64,000 nucleotides of DNA from Macrostomum hystrix. Taxonomy: Eukaryota; Animalia; Platyhelminthes. Position numbers and translations under genes: made by a program. The notes under the pieces are model-generated. The model was not told the DNA's origin and did not search any database. It saw nothing but the letters and a program-made list of their open reading frames with translations. The stretch covers positions 31,248,001 through 31,312,000 of the forward strand of contig CATNEN010000038.1 of the NCBI GenBank assembly GCA_950097015.1, in the 5' to 3' direction. This document shows, piece by piece, positions 27,055 through 38,166 of the stretch (the first letter of the stretch is position 1; the number at the start of each line of letters is the position of its first letter).

Positions 27055-27946
27055 CTAGCAAGTTTTGCCCTCCTTCGGGGAGCACTACTGGTCAGACAAA
27101 AAATATTGTGTCCCGTCCACAGCACTCCGTCCACAGTGTGCAGCGCCTCGAAGCTGGTTGGCCCTCTAACCTGCAGGAGGAGCATTCGCATGTAGAACAG
27201 ACCCCCTGCTCTCGGACTCACCGTGTACATTCGGGCAATGTTCGTGATGTACTCGGTGTACACCAGGCCTCTAGCGAATTCATCAGTGCGGCACAGCTTG
27301 AAGAAGGCCGTCAGCGTCGAATCTCTGGGCGCCCTGGCCTTTGCGCTCGCATTTTGCTCGTTGAAATACGCGAGCTGCACGTTAGACTTGTGCACGCACA
27401 ATCGGATCACGGCCGGAAATCTGTTGTGCAACTGTTATGTTTTTGTTTAAAAACCTAATCATTATTTTTCCATTTATTGCTCCTAGCACTGCTTTGCAAA
27501 CATCTATGATTTACTTCAAAGCCCAAGATGGTATTCACGGCTTCCATTGGGCCTATGTAGCGCGCCAGCAGATACTCCTTGATCTCATTTCGCCCCTCCT
27601 TCTTGGCTTTGAGTCGGAGTCTTGCTAGCTGAACCTTCCTGTCGTTTGCCATCCGCAGCCTGCTCTCCTGGCCGGCTCGGCTTCTTGTTTGCCTCGAACT
27701 TGAACGACGCCATGTCGCCGCCTTTTAGCAAGTACTTGATCACGTACTTGACCGACTTGACGGTGGCACAAACTTCAAAGTTCATGTGGCATACGAAATA
27801 GAGCAACATGCCCGGGTTGTATGGCACAACCCACCTGTATTTGTGCCAGGAAAAGCATTGTTAATCAAAACAAACTAAAGCAAATATATTTGCCAAGTCT
27901 CATGGCACATATAGACGATTTACAAGAGAGTTTAAAATAGAGTAGA
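27055..27946 (-). mobile_element. Non-autonomous Helitron deletion derivative with RepHel fragments
   Basis: RepHel-like peptides WVVPYNP..VKYVIKYLLKGGD (Rep tyrosine motif), FPAVIRLCVH and IARMYTVSP..FYMRMLLLQVRGPTSFEAL. 5' end TCTAC; 3' GC-rich hairpin then CTAG|T at 27055. Confidence 0.85.
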
Positions 27947-28089
27947 ACGGGTTGTATCTAGCAGATTTGGTTGTGTCGAACAGTTTTGATTCTGTTTAAA
28001 ATATTAGTTTCTGTCTAACAGAAACTCTCAGACACACTCTAGTTTCTGTCTCAGAGTGTGTCTGAGAGTTTTAGTTGCGTATAAAAGAT

Positions 28090-29140
28090 TAGGTTCTGTC
28101 TAACAGACTGGGTTGTGTCTAACAGATTGGGTTGTGTCTAACAGATTGGGTTGTGTCTAACAGACTGGGTTGTGTCTAACAGATTGGGTTGTGTCTAACA
28201 GATTGGGTTGTGTCTAACAGATTGGGTTGTGTCTAACAGACTGGGTTCTGTCTAACAGACTGGGTTGTGTCTAACAGATTGGGTTGTGTCTAACAGACTG
28301 GGTTCTGTCTAACAGACTGGGTTGTGTCTAACAGATTGGGTTGTGTCTAACAGACTGGAATGTGTCTAACAGATTGGGTTGTGTCTAACAGATTGGGTTG
28401 TGTCTAACAGATTGGGTTGTGTCTAACAGATTGGGTTGTGTCTAACAGACTGGGTTGTGTCTAACAGATTGGGTTGTGTCTAACAGACTGGGTTGTGTAT
28501 AGCAGATTGGGTTGTGTCTAAAAGATTGGGTTGTGTCTAACAGACTGGAATGTGTCTATCAGACTGGGTTGTGTCTAACAGACTGGGTTGTGTGTAAAAG
28601 ATTGGGTCGTGTCTAACAGATTGGGTTGTGTCTAACAGACTGGGTTGTGTCTAAAAGATTGGGTTGTGTCTAACAGACTGGGTTGTGTCTAACAGACTGG
28701 GTTGTGTCTAACAGATTGGGTTGTGTCTAACAGACTGGGTTGTGTCTAACAGACTGGGTTGTGTCTAACAGATTGGGTTGTGTCTAACAGATTGGGTTGT
28801 GTCTAACAGATTGGGTTGTGTATAACAGATTGGGTTGTGTCTAACAGACTGGGTTCTGTCTAACAGATTGGGTTGTGTCTAACAGACTGGGTTGTGTCTA
28901 ACAGATTGGGTTGTGTCTAACAGACTGGGTTGTGTCTAACAGATTGGGTTGTGTCTAACAGATTAGGTTGTGTCTAACGGATTGGGTTGTGTCTAACATA
29001 CTGGGTTGTGTCTAACAGACTGGGTTGTGTCTAACAGACTGGGTTGTGTCTAACAGATTGGGTTGTGTCTAACAGACTGGGTTGTGTCTAACAGACTGGG
29101 TTGTGTCTAACAGATTAGGTTTTGACTAACAGGTGGGGTC
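28090..29140 (+). repeat. 20-bp satellite GGGTTGTGTCTAACAGA(T/C)T
   Basis: Tandem repeat read directly. Confidence 0.97.
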
Positions 29141-29608
29141 CTGTCTAATCCTTCAATTGAAACCATATTTTCGATTCCAGTTCTGTTTCTAACAAAAAAG
29201 ATCTAGCATTCAATTAACTTTATATATTTAGAACCAGTTTTATCCAATGAAAAATTGTGCCAGATGTATTATTATATTTCTAAAGTCTTTGAACTACTTT
29301 GGGAAAATTATTGAATAAATAATACATGAAATCTGGTTATAACCTGCAAACAACTAAGTATAAAAAATTCCACATGTTTGAACACCTACGAGCGTAAACA
29401 ATTCACTGCGAGTTCAAAGCGCTGAAAAGTAGTTTAACATTAAATAAGACGTAAAAAGTAGCATAAAACTAATGCATAAGATATAATACAATATAACGCC
29501 CTCAAAAGCAGCGTTAAAAAACTAATCTTAAAAGCAACGACAGTGACCAAAAAGCAGTCGACAAACAACGGTGGTGCATTCATTACTTCTTTTCAGACAT
29601 CAACAAAT

Positions 29609-31582
29609 TTAATGCATTATGAAAACCACAGCCCTGATAAAGGCTCTGCAAATCGGGCAGGTCTTGAGGGACTTGGCGCACACCGAGCAGCAGACCACGT
29701 GACCACAGTCCAGGAGTAAGATGTTCACCTCCTTGTCCATGCACACCCTGCACGTCTTCCAGTCGTATGTATCGCGGGGTCTCGGCTGCTGATTCAGAGG
29801 CTCCTTGATCTCGGCCAGTCTGCTCTCGAAGAATGTCTCGGGATCCTGCGACTGCTGACGCATGCGGCGGCTCTCGGTGAGCATGAAGTCGAGGAACAGC
29901 TCCGATGTGGCAAAGTCGTCGCCTCGCTGTCTGAGATGCAGCTCTGTGAACAGGCGGACTTGCAGAGCAGAGAATCCGAGCTGAGTGAGCAGTCTCACAA
30001 CCGGCAGATCAGCCCTCGCCTTGATGTTTCTGGCGTCGACTCTGAACTCAACTCCACGCGTGATTGCGAGCAACTCGTCTATGCGACTGCTGCGGACTGC
30101 GGAAGAGCCGCCGACACTCACCGCCGAAGCTGCAGCTGACGGATCAGGTGAGTCTCTCTGAACCGATGCAGCGGCACGATGAGTAACTCCGACCTTCGAC
30201 ACGGGAGGCGACAGTCGGTGCACCGCCTGCACAAAGTCGCTGCCTCGCTCCAACAACACGTAAGCACAGCGAGGTGACCACCGTGCGTGCTGCACCCACA
30301 CATCATCGTCGCAGCTCCACTCACTCATGCGGAGTCCACAGCTGAAGCAGCAGGTCGCTCTCTCCTCACTCGAGTAGAAGAAGCCCGCCTTCGCCAGCAA
30401 GTACACCGGCTGCGGAACGAGCGCCGATCGCAGAGACTTTGATCTCTCTTGGTAGCTCTGGAACTGCTCATGTTTGGCAGTCACACTCGATGGGTCCGTC
30501 TCCAGACTGTGCTGCAGAGCAGACAGGTTCGTGAGCGCTCTCTCGGAGCACGCGGATCGAGCCACCTCGCTTGACACTGCCAGCCGAGGACGCCTCGTCA
30601 GGTCGAGTGAGATGAGCTCGTCATGAGCAGCAGCACTCGGTGATCCGTACTGAGCTCTTGTCCACCTCGATCTCACTCCGTCTGTCGCCATCGCCCACTC
30701 CGACATCTCAGTGGGCTCCATGGGAGGCAGCTCAGAGATCAGCCTCATGCTCCAGTCTCCGCTCACCATCACTGCCTCGGCATGTGCGGTGTGCTCAGTG
30801 CACTGTACTGCCTCCACCTGCACTGCCGACCTCGCCTCTCCTTCTGGCTCTCTGTGCTCTCGGGGCACGTTGCCCACATCGACGAACAGCACGAACGGAC
30901 AGGTCGAGAAGTGGCGTCTGTGAGCCTCTCGCACCTGCTCACCCGCCTCCCAGTCCTTGAGCACACCCTTGCAGAAGGCGCACTTCACTCTGTCCGACTC
31001 CTGCAGGTAGAAGAATCCGTCAGCAGCCAGATCCGTCACTGACACCAGGTGAGACGCAGTGAATGACGCATCAGGCAGGTGGAAGGACTGCCACCTGTTG
31101 TCCTCACGTCTCATGTCCCACAGGTGCTGAGGAATGGAGGCCGGCATTCCAGTCGTGTCCCATCGCTGATTGCGGAAGTCCAGAGTCTGCGGCACAGACT
31201 GAGCACTGCCACCAGGAGTGCTGTTGTTGTAGTACCTCAGCACCTTGCTTGTTGCATTTTGAATCATGGTTCTGCTATCAATTAAGCCTATCGAATCTTC
31301 CTGTCTAAGGGCAGCAGCAATTAGCATTCGTCGCTTGTTCATTTCCTTGTCTGCGATGGCTATCAAATGGAGAATAGTAAGCCAAGTTTTCGAATCATGG
31401 TGTGCTGCTGCATTGTTCTGCTCTTGGTTCTCGACTTGTTGTTGGATAGCTCGAGAATTTGGTTCAGAAATTCGCGCATTTTGGTCTGCAGAAGCTCTTC
31501 TGCTAGAACTAGGCCTATAAGTTCCTTGGCGCCATGTTTCTGTTCGCTCTAAATTGTCACGAATGTTCCGTCTGCTAGACAT
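29609..31582 (-). CDS. Inhibitor of apoptosis protein (BIR-BIR-RING), paralog 2, intronless, 657 aa
   Basis: Same BIR and RING motifs as paralog 1. ATG start and an intact ORF. Confidence 0.95.
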   Translation of the reverse strand: MSSRRNIRDNLERTETWRQGTYRPSSSRRASADQNARISEPNSRAIQQQVENQEQNNAAAHHDSKTWLTILHLIAIADKEMNKRRMLIAAALRQEDSIGLIDSRTMIQNATSKVLRYYNNSTPGGSAQSVPQTLDFRNQRWDTTGMPASIPQHLWDMRREDNRWQSFHLPDASFTASHLVSVTDLAADGFFYLQESDRVKCAFCKGVLKDWEAGEQVREAHRRHFSTCPFVLFVDVGNVPREHREPEGEARSAVQVEAVQCTEHTAHAEAVMVSGDWSMRLISELPPMEPTEMSEWAMATDGVRSRWTRAQYGSPSAAAHDELISLDLTRRPRLAVSSEVARSACSERALTNLSALQHSLETDPSSVTAKHEQFQSYQERSKSLRSALVPQPVYLLAKAGFFYSSEERATCCFSCGLRMSEWSCDDDVWVQHARWSPRCAYVLLERGSDFVQAVHRLSPPVSKVGVTHRAAASVQRDSPDPSAAASAVSVGGSSAVRSSRIDELLAITRGVEFRVDARNIKARADLPVVRLLTQLGFSALQVRLFTELHLRQRGDDFATSELFLDFMLTESRRMRQQSQDPETFFESRLAEIKEPLNQQPRPRDTYDWKTCRVCMDKEVNILLLDCGHVVCCSVCAKSLKTCPICRAFIRAVVFIMH

Positions 31583-32498
31583 TTTCGCTCACTAAACCTT
31601 TATGTCAAACGTGTGTATGTGGACAGACGTATCCTGTGAATTTGAAATAAAATGGCTATATGGTTTTTTAAATGCTTGACAATATATCCTTAAGGCCTAG
31701 CTACTGAACCACTCAGACGTATAGAATGTAATGAATCGTCACATAGCGACGTGGGCTTTTTATCTCGTGTGACTTCCCTGGGTTTAAATGAACGAAGTCT
31801 GAAATATGACCTTCAATTTATAGTAACTGATTTTGGTGTGAAAATTATTCGTCGCTTACCTTCCAATAAAGGTGTAGGCGATACAAGAGAAGCTGTCTAG
31901 GACTGTAGTGTAGAGTTTTTAAACTTTAGAAACTTGCGCACGTCATTTACAGCCTATTGACATTCTTCCGGATTCGTCGAAAAACCAGTAGAAAAATATT
32001 TTACTTTGTATTTCATGAATCTGTCGCACAATGCGCTATATTTAAAAAAGAGTTAACTAATTGATAATTAACTTGATAAATTTTTTTTTGTATTTACGAG
32101 CGTATTTCACTTTTAAATAATTATATTCCAGGAAGTAAAACAATATAATTTGTCTTCATATAATGCTATAAATCTCTTCAGAATTTTCACGTAACACCGT
32201 CACATTATAAATGCGTCGGACACTGTCCGTGGAAGAAAATTTCTAAATACTCTCTCCACATCTAACGACAAAACGTTTAATTTGATATATTTTTCGTCTC
32301 TTAGTGTACTTTTTCTTTAGATGTAGACGTTGATTGAGTGTACTCGTACAAATCCAACCACATTGTTGAGCTATGGGACAATTTGAGCATAATTTGTACG
32401 CAACATTGTACGTCCAATGCACTGATGGCAGGCCGTGATCGAGAAGCAGACAGAAGAATTACCTAAAGCAGACAATGTGCACTTTGTGTCAGACAAAA

Positions 32499-32672
32499 GG
32501 GGTGAGTGGCAGAGCGGCCTCTCGCACCAAGGTCCCTTAGTTCGACTCCGCGGCGAGACCACATTCATTTGGGGCGCAGCCGCGGAGAGAAGGCTTTGCG
32601 GCTTGTCGTGCAGTTCAAGCCCACGAGGGCCAACCTCCAAGGCACAGTGAAAGTGTACATTGCTTGACAATA
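32499..32672 (+). mobile_element. tRNA-like SINE family 2, 5' part (3' part continues at 42356)
   Basis: Matches the copies at 42922 and 62055 (TGGCAGAGCGG..CTCGCACCAAGGTCCC..TCGA..CACATTCATTTGG). Confidence 0.8.
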
Positions 32673-32680
32673 TTGTCAAG

Positions 32681-32987
32681 AGAGGTTGTAGCCTAGTGGT
32701 TAGGGCGTCGGACTCACGACTTGAAGGTCGGAGGTTCGATTCCCGTCTCCACTGGAACAATTTGTGTCCTTTAGCAAGACACTTAACTCTGCATTGCTTC
32801 AGTTCACCCAGCTTTTAAATGGGTACCAGCATCAGCTGGGATAATTGAAGGTGGGCGTGGCGTCCCCCCAGTCCATGGACTGAACAGCCGTACGCAGCCT
32901 TCAGATGTGCCGCGCAATAGCTGCGGCTGTGCTGTCGGCTGCACATCTGACCCGATTAGGGCAGGTGTAATCAATTATTATTATTAT
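32681..32987 (+). mobile_element. SINE family 1 inserted into SINE family 2 (TSD TTGACAATA at 32664-32672 / 42356-42364). Its ATT tail is split by the LTR element
   Basis: Nearly the same as the 26041 copy. The tail resumes at 42350. Confidence 0.9.
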
Positions 32988-35311
32988 TGAAATAGTGCGG
33001 GTCTTTTGCAAGCCGATGACCGCCCTCATGAAAGATAGGAGTGTGGAAGACGACGATAGAGTCGGAGGTCGATCGCTGCTGCCGCGAGTTGTCGCAGAGA
33101 GGGATGACGAAGGGAGGGATGAAGGGAGAGATGAAGGGAGAGATGAGGCGGTACAAAGGATGCAAGTGAGTGGTCCTATTGGCCTCAGGCTGGCCAGTCC
33201 CACCCAACCCATAGGCCACAGGCATGACTGCCGTGCCCACCCCAAGCAGTGCTCGAAACCGGCTAAAAGTCTAAATAGATGTCGGACTACCCGCAAGCGA
33301 ATAGGACAGGGCTAGATAGCCTACTGTCATCAGTAGCATGTTCGTAACTGACTCCTAACTTTGGTAGCAGTGGTCGACTCGGCCTAGGCTCTTGTCTTAG
33401 AAATGCGGAAAGGCTATCGGCAAAGCGGATAATGATCGAAGGTAGCGCCACCACCCAATGCGCCTACGTTGCCACCGCAGACATTTGGGAACTTGGGTCC
33501 CCGGAGCTCGCGGCTCCCAGTTTGTCACACAGATCTTAGACAAGCCGAAAAATAGAGCATTCTGTAACTTCCGTTTTAGACTAGGGTGAGAACCCCAGAA
33601 TGGATCGAGTCACGCCTCACAAGGGGATTCCTGAAACTGCGCTACAGTGGTCTAGAAAGGTGGTACTCCGAACCCGAATGAGAAATCCATAGCCAGAATC
33701 CTACTCATGAGACATTAGACACATTCCTTACATTAGATTGCAGCCTACACATTGAATAACTAGCAAATCCGAATCTGTGTGAGATGAGGAAATCAGAGGC
33801 AGGAGAGATTGAGCAGAACACTGGCTGAGTGATTATGCAAGCGGTGATTATTAGATCACACCCCCTCGCTCCCATGGCGGCGGCAGCGAGAGGCGGGGAA
33901 CAGAAGGGAAACATTAATTGACAAGGGAGGTTGACACGCACTCCTTGATCTGCCAGAAAGAGAGGAAAAACCCGCCAAGGAATTCCCCCACCCCTAGCAG
34001 AGAAACACATGCTACGCTCCGCATATTACTCGCAAATCCCTAGCTCCTTATTACTCTCATGCGCGCTCACAGTTATCCTCCTGCCGCAGCTTTCAGCTAG
34101 GCATCACCAGAGCCCATCCCCCTAATAAGTTAGCCACTCATGATCGAGGGCTGTCTAACGATAAAATAAGAGAAAGTGAAATGCATAGTAAAAAGGATTT
34201 AAGTTGTTATTAAATTGCCCAATAAATTAGATAAGTTGTGAATTAATAGTTTTATTAGGCTAAATCAAATCCCTGCCCTTGCCCTTTTACCCACTAGCTA
34301 AATAGTAAATCCCTTAGGGATAGCAATAACAGTCCGCTGCGCGGGTTACTTATCTGACTACGCTGGTTGACAGGCTGCAGGTCGTCGATCTCGCGGGGGA
34401 ATGCAAATGAACGGGAGAAAAGGTGAGGGATTGCTGAGTACAGTTGGCAAGGGGCCAGACTGCAGGGAGCTCAAGGCTCAATTTGGAGCGCACCTAAGGA
34501 GGTGGCTTGCGCTTAAGGGCACTAGCAGGTAGTTGCCTGCTGCTATGCTCTGGAGCCTTAGGCTCAGGGACTAGGTGCTAGCCTAGAAGGGGGAGGGTCC
34601 ACGGACCGAGTTCCGGGACCGGACAAGGGAAAAAGGTTGTAAGGGCGGAAAAGGTAGGTTCGGGGGAAGGTTGTCCTAGGGGCAGCGCAGCGCGCTCTCT
34701 TAAATAGTCCTGCAGCTCCGCCAACCTCGCATTCATCAAAATAACCCACATGCTCGCCGGCCTGTCAGCGAGGAATCGGGTCGGCATAATGCCACCCCAA
34801 TTGCCCACTGAAGCGGCGGCGAGAATCGCCAGATGCCCCACTAGGAGCGTCTGCCGGCAGTCGGCCAATGATTGTGATCCCGCCGGGATATGGGAAGCGC
34901 AGGCGCCGACCTGCCTATAGTGTCGTTACATGTATCTAAAGGGGGAAAGGTCATAATCGAGCTTCGGCTCGGGTTACAGTAAAGAAGAGGGACATGAAGA
35001 ATTAAAGCTCACTCTAAACGCATGAGTGATCCCGACAATCTGATCGCGGTTTGGAGGGGAATTATAACCTAAACTAGTCCATACAGTATTGCTATTTCCG
35101 CGATCAGTCACTCCTACAGGGGACTAGACAGATCCGAGACAAAGGGAATCGGCGGCTACTTAATTCACCTCCGCCCCAAGTCTGGCCCTAAGATTAATGA
35201 TGGTGTTCTGCGGCCAGCTGCTATGTGGGTCGCGATTATTGACTTGCTAAAAATTGGAAAAATTCGGCTGGCTCACATTCCCACTCGATTCCCGCAGCAC
35301 ACTCCACATCA
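32988..35311 (-). repeat. 3' LTR, with TATA-like TATTTAAG at 34706-34699 and AATAAA at 34256-34251 (minus strand)
   Basis: Direct repeat of 40027-42349. Confidence 0.95.
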
Positions 35312-35330
35312 CTCCACCTTCGCTCACTTT
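35312..35330 (-). promoter_or_regulatory. Polypurine tract AAAGTGAGCGAAGGTGGAG
   Basis: Purine-rich run directly before the TG of the 3' LTR. Confidence 0.8.
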
Positions 35331-36215
35331 CACGTAAGACACTTACGTGCCTACTGACAGTAGTAGCGGGGTGTCTCGAGAATCGAGGGGAAAAATAATA
35401 AAAATTTCCTACAACATACTGTACAGAACCCTAAGAAGAATTCCGCTAGAGAAGAAATCCTAATGCGTACGTACGTACGGTTACTATAAATAGATTGGTG
35501 CGTGAGTATAAAATGGTCGGCGCCCCTAGTGATTACGGTATAGCGTCCTATGGGGGGTGGGTGCGCATTCCGTTCGCGGTAAAGTTGCCCTTGGTGACCG
35601 CGGGGTGTGCCTTGTCCCGGCCCGCCTTCTTCTCCAGGTGGTCGCAGCTGTGCCCATCTTCTCCTGCCCGGCTTGGTCTCGGTTGCGCAATCCTGGGAGG
35701 CTCTGGCCGTCTTTCCTTGAGTCCGAGGGGTCCGGCCGTGCTCTCACCAGGTGGTTCCAGATTGGCTGGCCCGTTTTGCGTCCTCACCGATCCTGTTGCC
35801 GGGCGTTGGTAGCCTCTGATTCGCCGCGCGCTCCAGGTGTTTCCGGCTGGCCGTGCCCTAGAATGCTCGCCGGGCCGGTTGCCTAGCCGTTGCGCGCGGT
35901 CCAATCGGCGCTGCAGCTGGTCGCAGCTGGGGAAACCGCTGCTCGGCCGCTTGTGGTGCTGTTGCCGACCGAGGTGTCTCCTCACCGAAAAGGTCAGAGC
36001 CCCAACAACTAAACTATTACCACGGGCCCCCTGAACTGGTTCTGCCCGGAATTCCCACTTTGCTCCCATTGGCTGGCGATTAGACCGCCACCATGACCCT
36101 TAACTAAGTGCTATAAAAACAATCACTTAACGCCCCATTAAACTCAAGCTGCTATCTTTCCCAGAGAAATAAAAAGAAAACCTCGAAATTTCCTCCGATA
36201 TCTTCTGCTGCTAAC

Positions 36216-36890
36216 ATGAGAACTACTGCCCGCCCGATGATGCCACGCTTAGAGGATCAGCCTCTGCCTGGAGAAGAAAGGTGAGTTGTTTTTGCTTCCA
36301 CTCGGCCCCCCAAGGCCGGTTATTAATGGGTTATTACAAGGTTAATTGCATAATAATAGAAACGAATGTAATTACTGCCCCCGGCACGCCGTTTTATCCC
36401 GAGAAGTTGGGATTGACCCCGACCCGGGACTGCGAAAAAGGAACCCTTCCTGAGTTAATGATTGATTAAATTGAAAGTTACTTAGTCTGCGATTGCCACC
36501 ACTATTCTTCCACTCCTAATCGGACTACACCACTCTTCGCTTTCAGCAGCTACCCGCTCGGTGCTTTCGAGCCGGAGCCTCGGCGCCGGGCCAGCTCAGG
36601 CGGTCCCATCTCTGTCTCGTTTGTGATGAGTAAGTTGGCATTGATAAAACTACACTTCCCCCCCTCCACTCTGGATGTCACCATTTGAAACTTCTGCCTG
36701 CAGAACGCCACTGCGCCTTACTAAACTACTCCTCCACCTTGTTTTCGCAGACATAGACGTGCCCGAAGGCCGGGAGGCCGACCTGGCGGCCATCGTTTCT
36801 AGCCTCATTAGAGGCCCGCTGGGCGTGGCCCTGGCTGTCGGAGTGGCCTTCACTGCTCTTGCGCTGCTGACCCTGATCTACTTGCTGTGA
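36216..36890 (+). CDS. Antisense three-exon cargo gene (36216-36280, 36547-36629, 36751-36890), 95 aa, C-terminal transmembrane helix
   Basis: Donors GTGAGT and GTAAGT, acceptors TTTCAG and TTTTCGCAG, branch-like CTAAT/CTAAA. Phases 2 and 1 match. 65+83+140 = 288 nt. Confidence 0.7.
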
Positions 36891-37402
36891 CACTGTCCTA
36901 CTATGCCTACTGACTCGCCGTGCCGGGCTTACTGACTGACCTAACTGCATGCATTTCTGCCATCTCTTATAATGCCACATAATACATTACAACATAAACG
37001 CCACCATTTGAAACGTAAAACGAAAATTTGCTATCTGTGTCCGACTTCCTTCCTAGATGAAACATTACTGCTCAAATTTTACGACTGCCTAGTAACAAAA
37101 AAAACTAACTGATAGACTGTCAATGAGTTTTTAAAACGTCTGGAACCTTAATTCCTACGATTTATTACTATTCTACCCTTCCAGGTACCTAGATTTGGGC
37201 TCCCAGCTGCTAGCTTCTGGCTCCCAGATAATGTTTCTTTTTGTCTTTTCTAACCCTAACAAAAGAAAAATTATCATTTTGAAATCTGTCGCTCATTGAA
37301 ACAGCCAGATTGTCTCCCCTAGAACTTGAATACCTGACCCTACCGGCTTCTTGATTTACAACCGCCCACTCTTTAAACAAACATTAAGAAAAACTCCCGA
37401 AA

Positions 37403-38020
37403 CATACCACCCCGCTCACTTTAGCGGGTTGGTATACCCCCTAAATAGAAACCGGTATAGCTAAACTCCCGAAACCAAGCATAGAGAACATGTAAGATAA
37501 GCAAGTTTTGCGAAAAGTAGGTGCGAACCCTAGTTTGCGGCAGTTATTACGAAAAAGTTTCATGCGAAAATTCTTACGAAGGGGAATTTCACCCCACTAA
37601 ATATGTTTTTGGATTTTGATTAGTTTATATAAGTTTTTAAGAGGTTTTGGCGCCGAGATGGCCTTTTTTTGATTTGAACCGCCTTCCCACCCTTAAAGAA
37701 AGCATAGAATTTCCCAAGGCATACCACCCCGCTCACTTTAGCGGGTTGGTGTCCCTCCTAATTTAGAAGTTGTCCTAAATTGAACTCCCACAGACCCACC
37801 AATATGAACAAGATAAGGCAGAGGTGCCATGCATGATGTGGTGCGATTAAAGTAAAATGCTCTTTAAGAAAAGGTGCATGCCCTAGATTGCTACAATTAG
37901 ATAGGCATCTCATGCGAAAAAGTACTAGGGGAATTTCACCCCACTAGGTATGTTTTTGGGTTTCTGGCTAAATTATAAGAATTTTTATGAGATTTTTGTG
38001 CCAAGGCGGCTTTGATGAAA
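37403..38020. repeat. Diverged tandem duplication (317-bp period) with conserved hairpins, inside the LTR element
   Basis: ATACCACCCCGCTCACTTTAGCGGGTTGGT at 37404 and 37721. CATGCGAAAA..GGGGAATTTCACCCCACTA is also repeated. Confidence 0.85.
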
Positions 38021-38166
38021 AAGGAAGGCGTGCACAATAGGAGAAAAGGAGCAAAAAGGGTAACAGAATGGGGGATCGCTTCCCCAACGAGGTCTCCAGT
38101 GGGGCTCGGTCGCCTAGCACGGCCGGGTGAGTGCTTCGGGGCACCCGCAGCGGGAGCTACCTTTCC

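Noticed and set aside
18164-31582. Viral origin of the IAP genes (endogenous virus)
   Set aside because: No viral hallmark genes nearby. Faint N-terminal similarity favours host paralogs.
32901-35311. Short ORFs inside the LTRs (duplicated at 39982-41906)
   Set aside because: No recognisable motifs. The duplication is explained by the LTRs.
35495-36069. GC-rich overlapping ORFs near the 3' LTR as env
   Set aside because: No signal peptide, TM or furin/fusion motif. More likely upstream or UTR sequence of the antisense gene.
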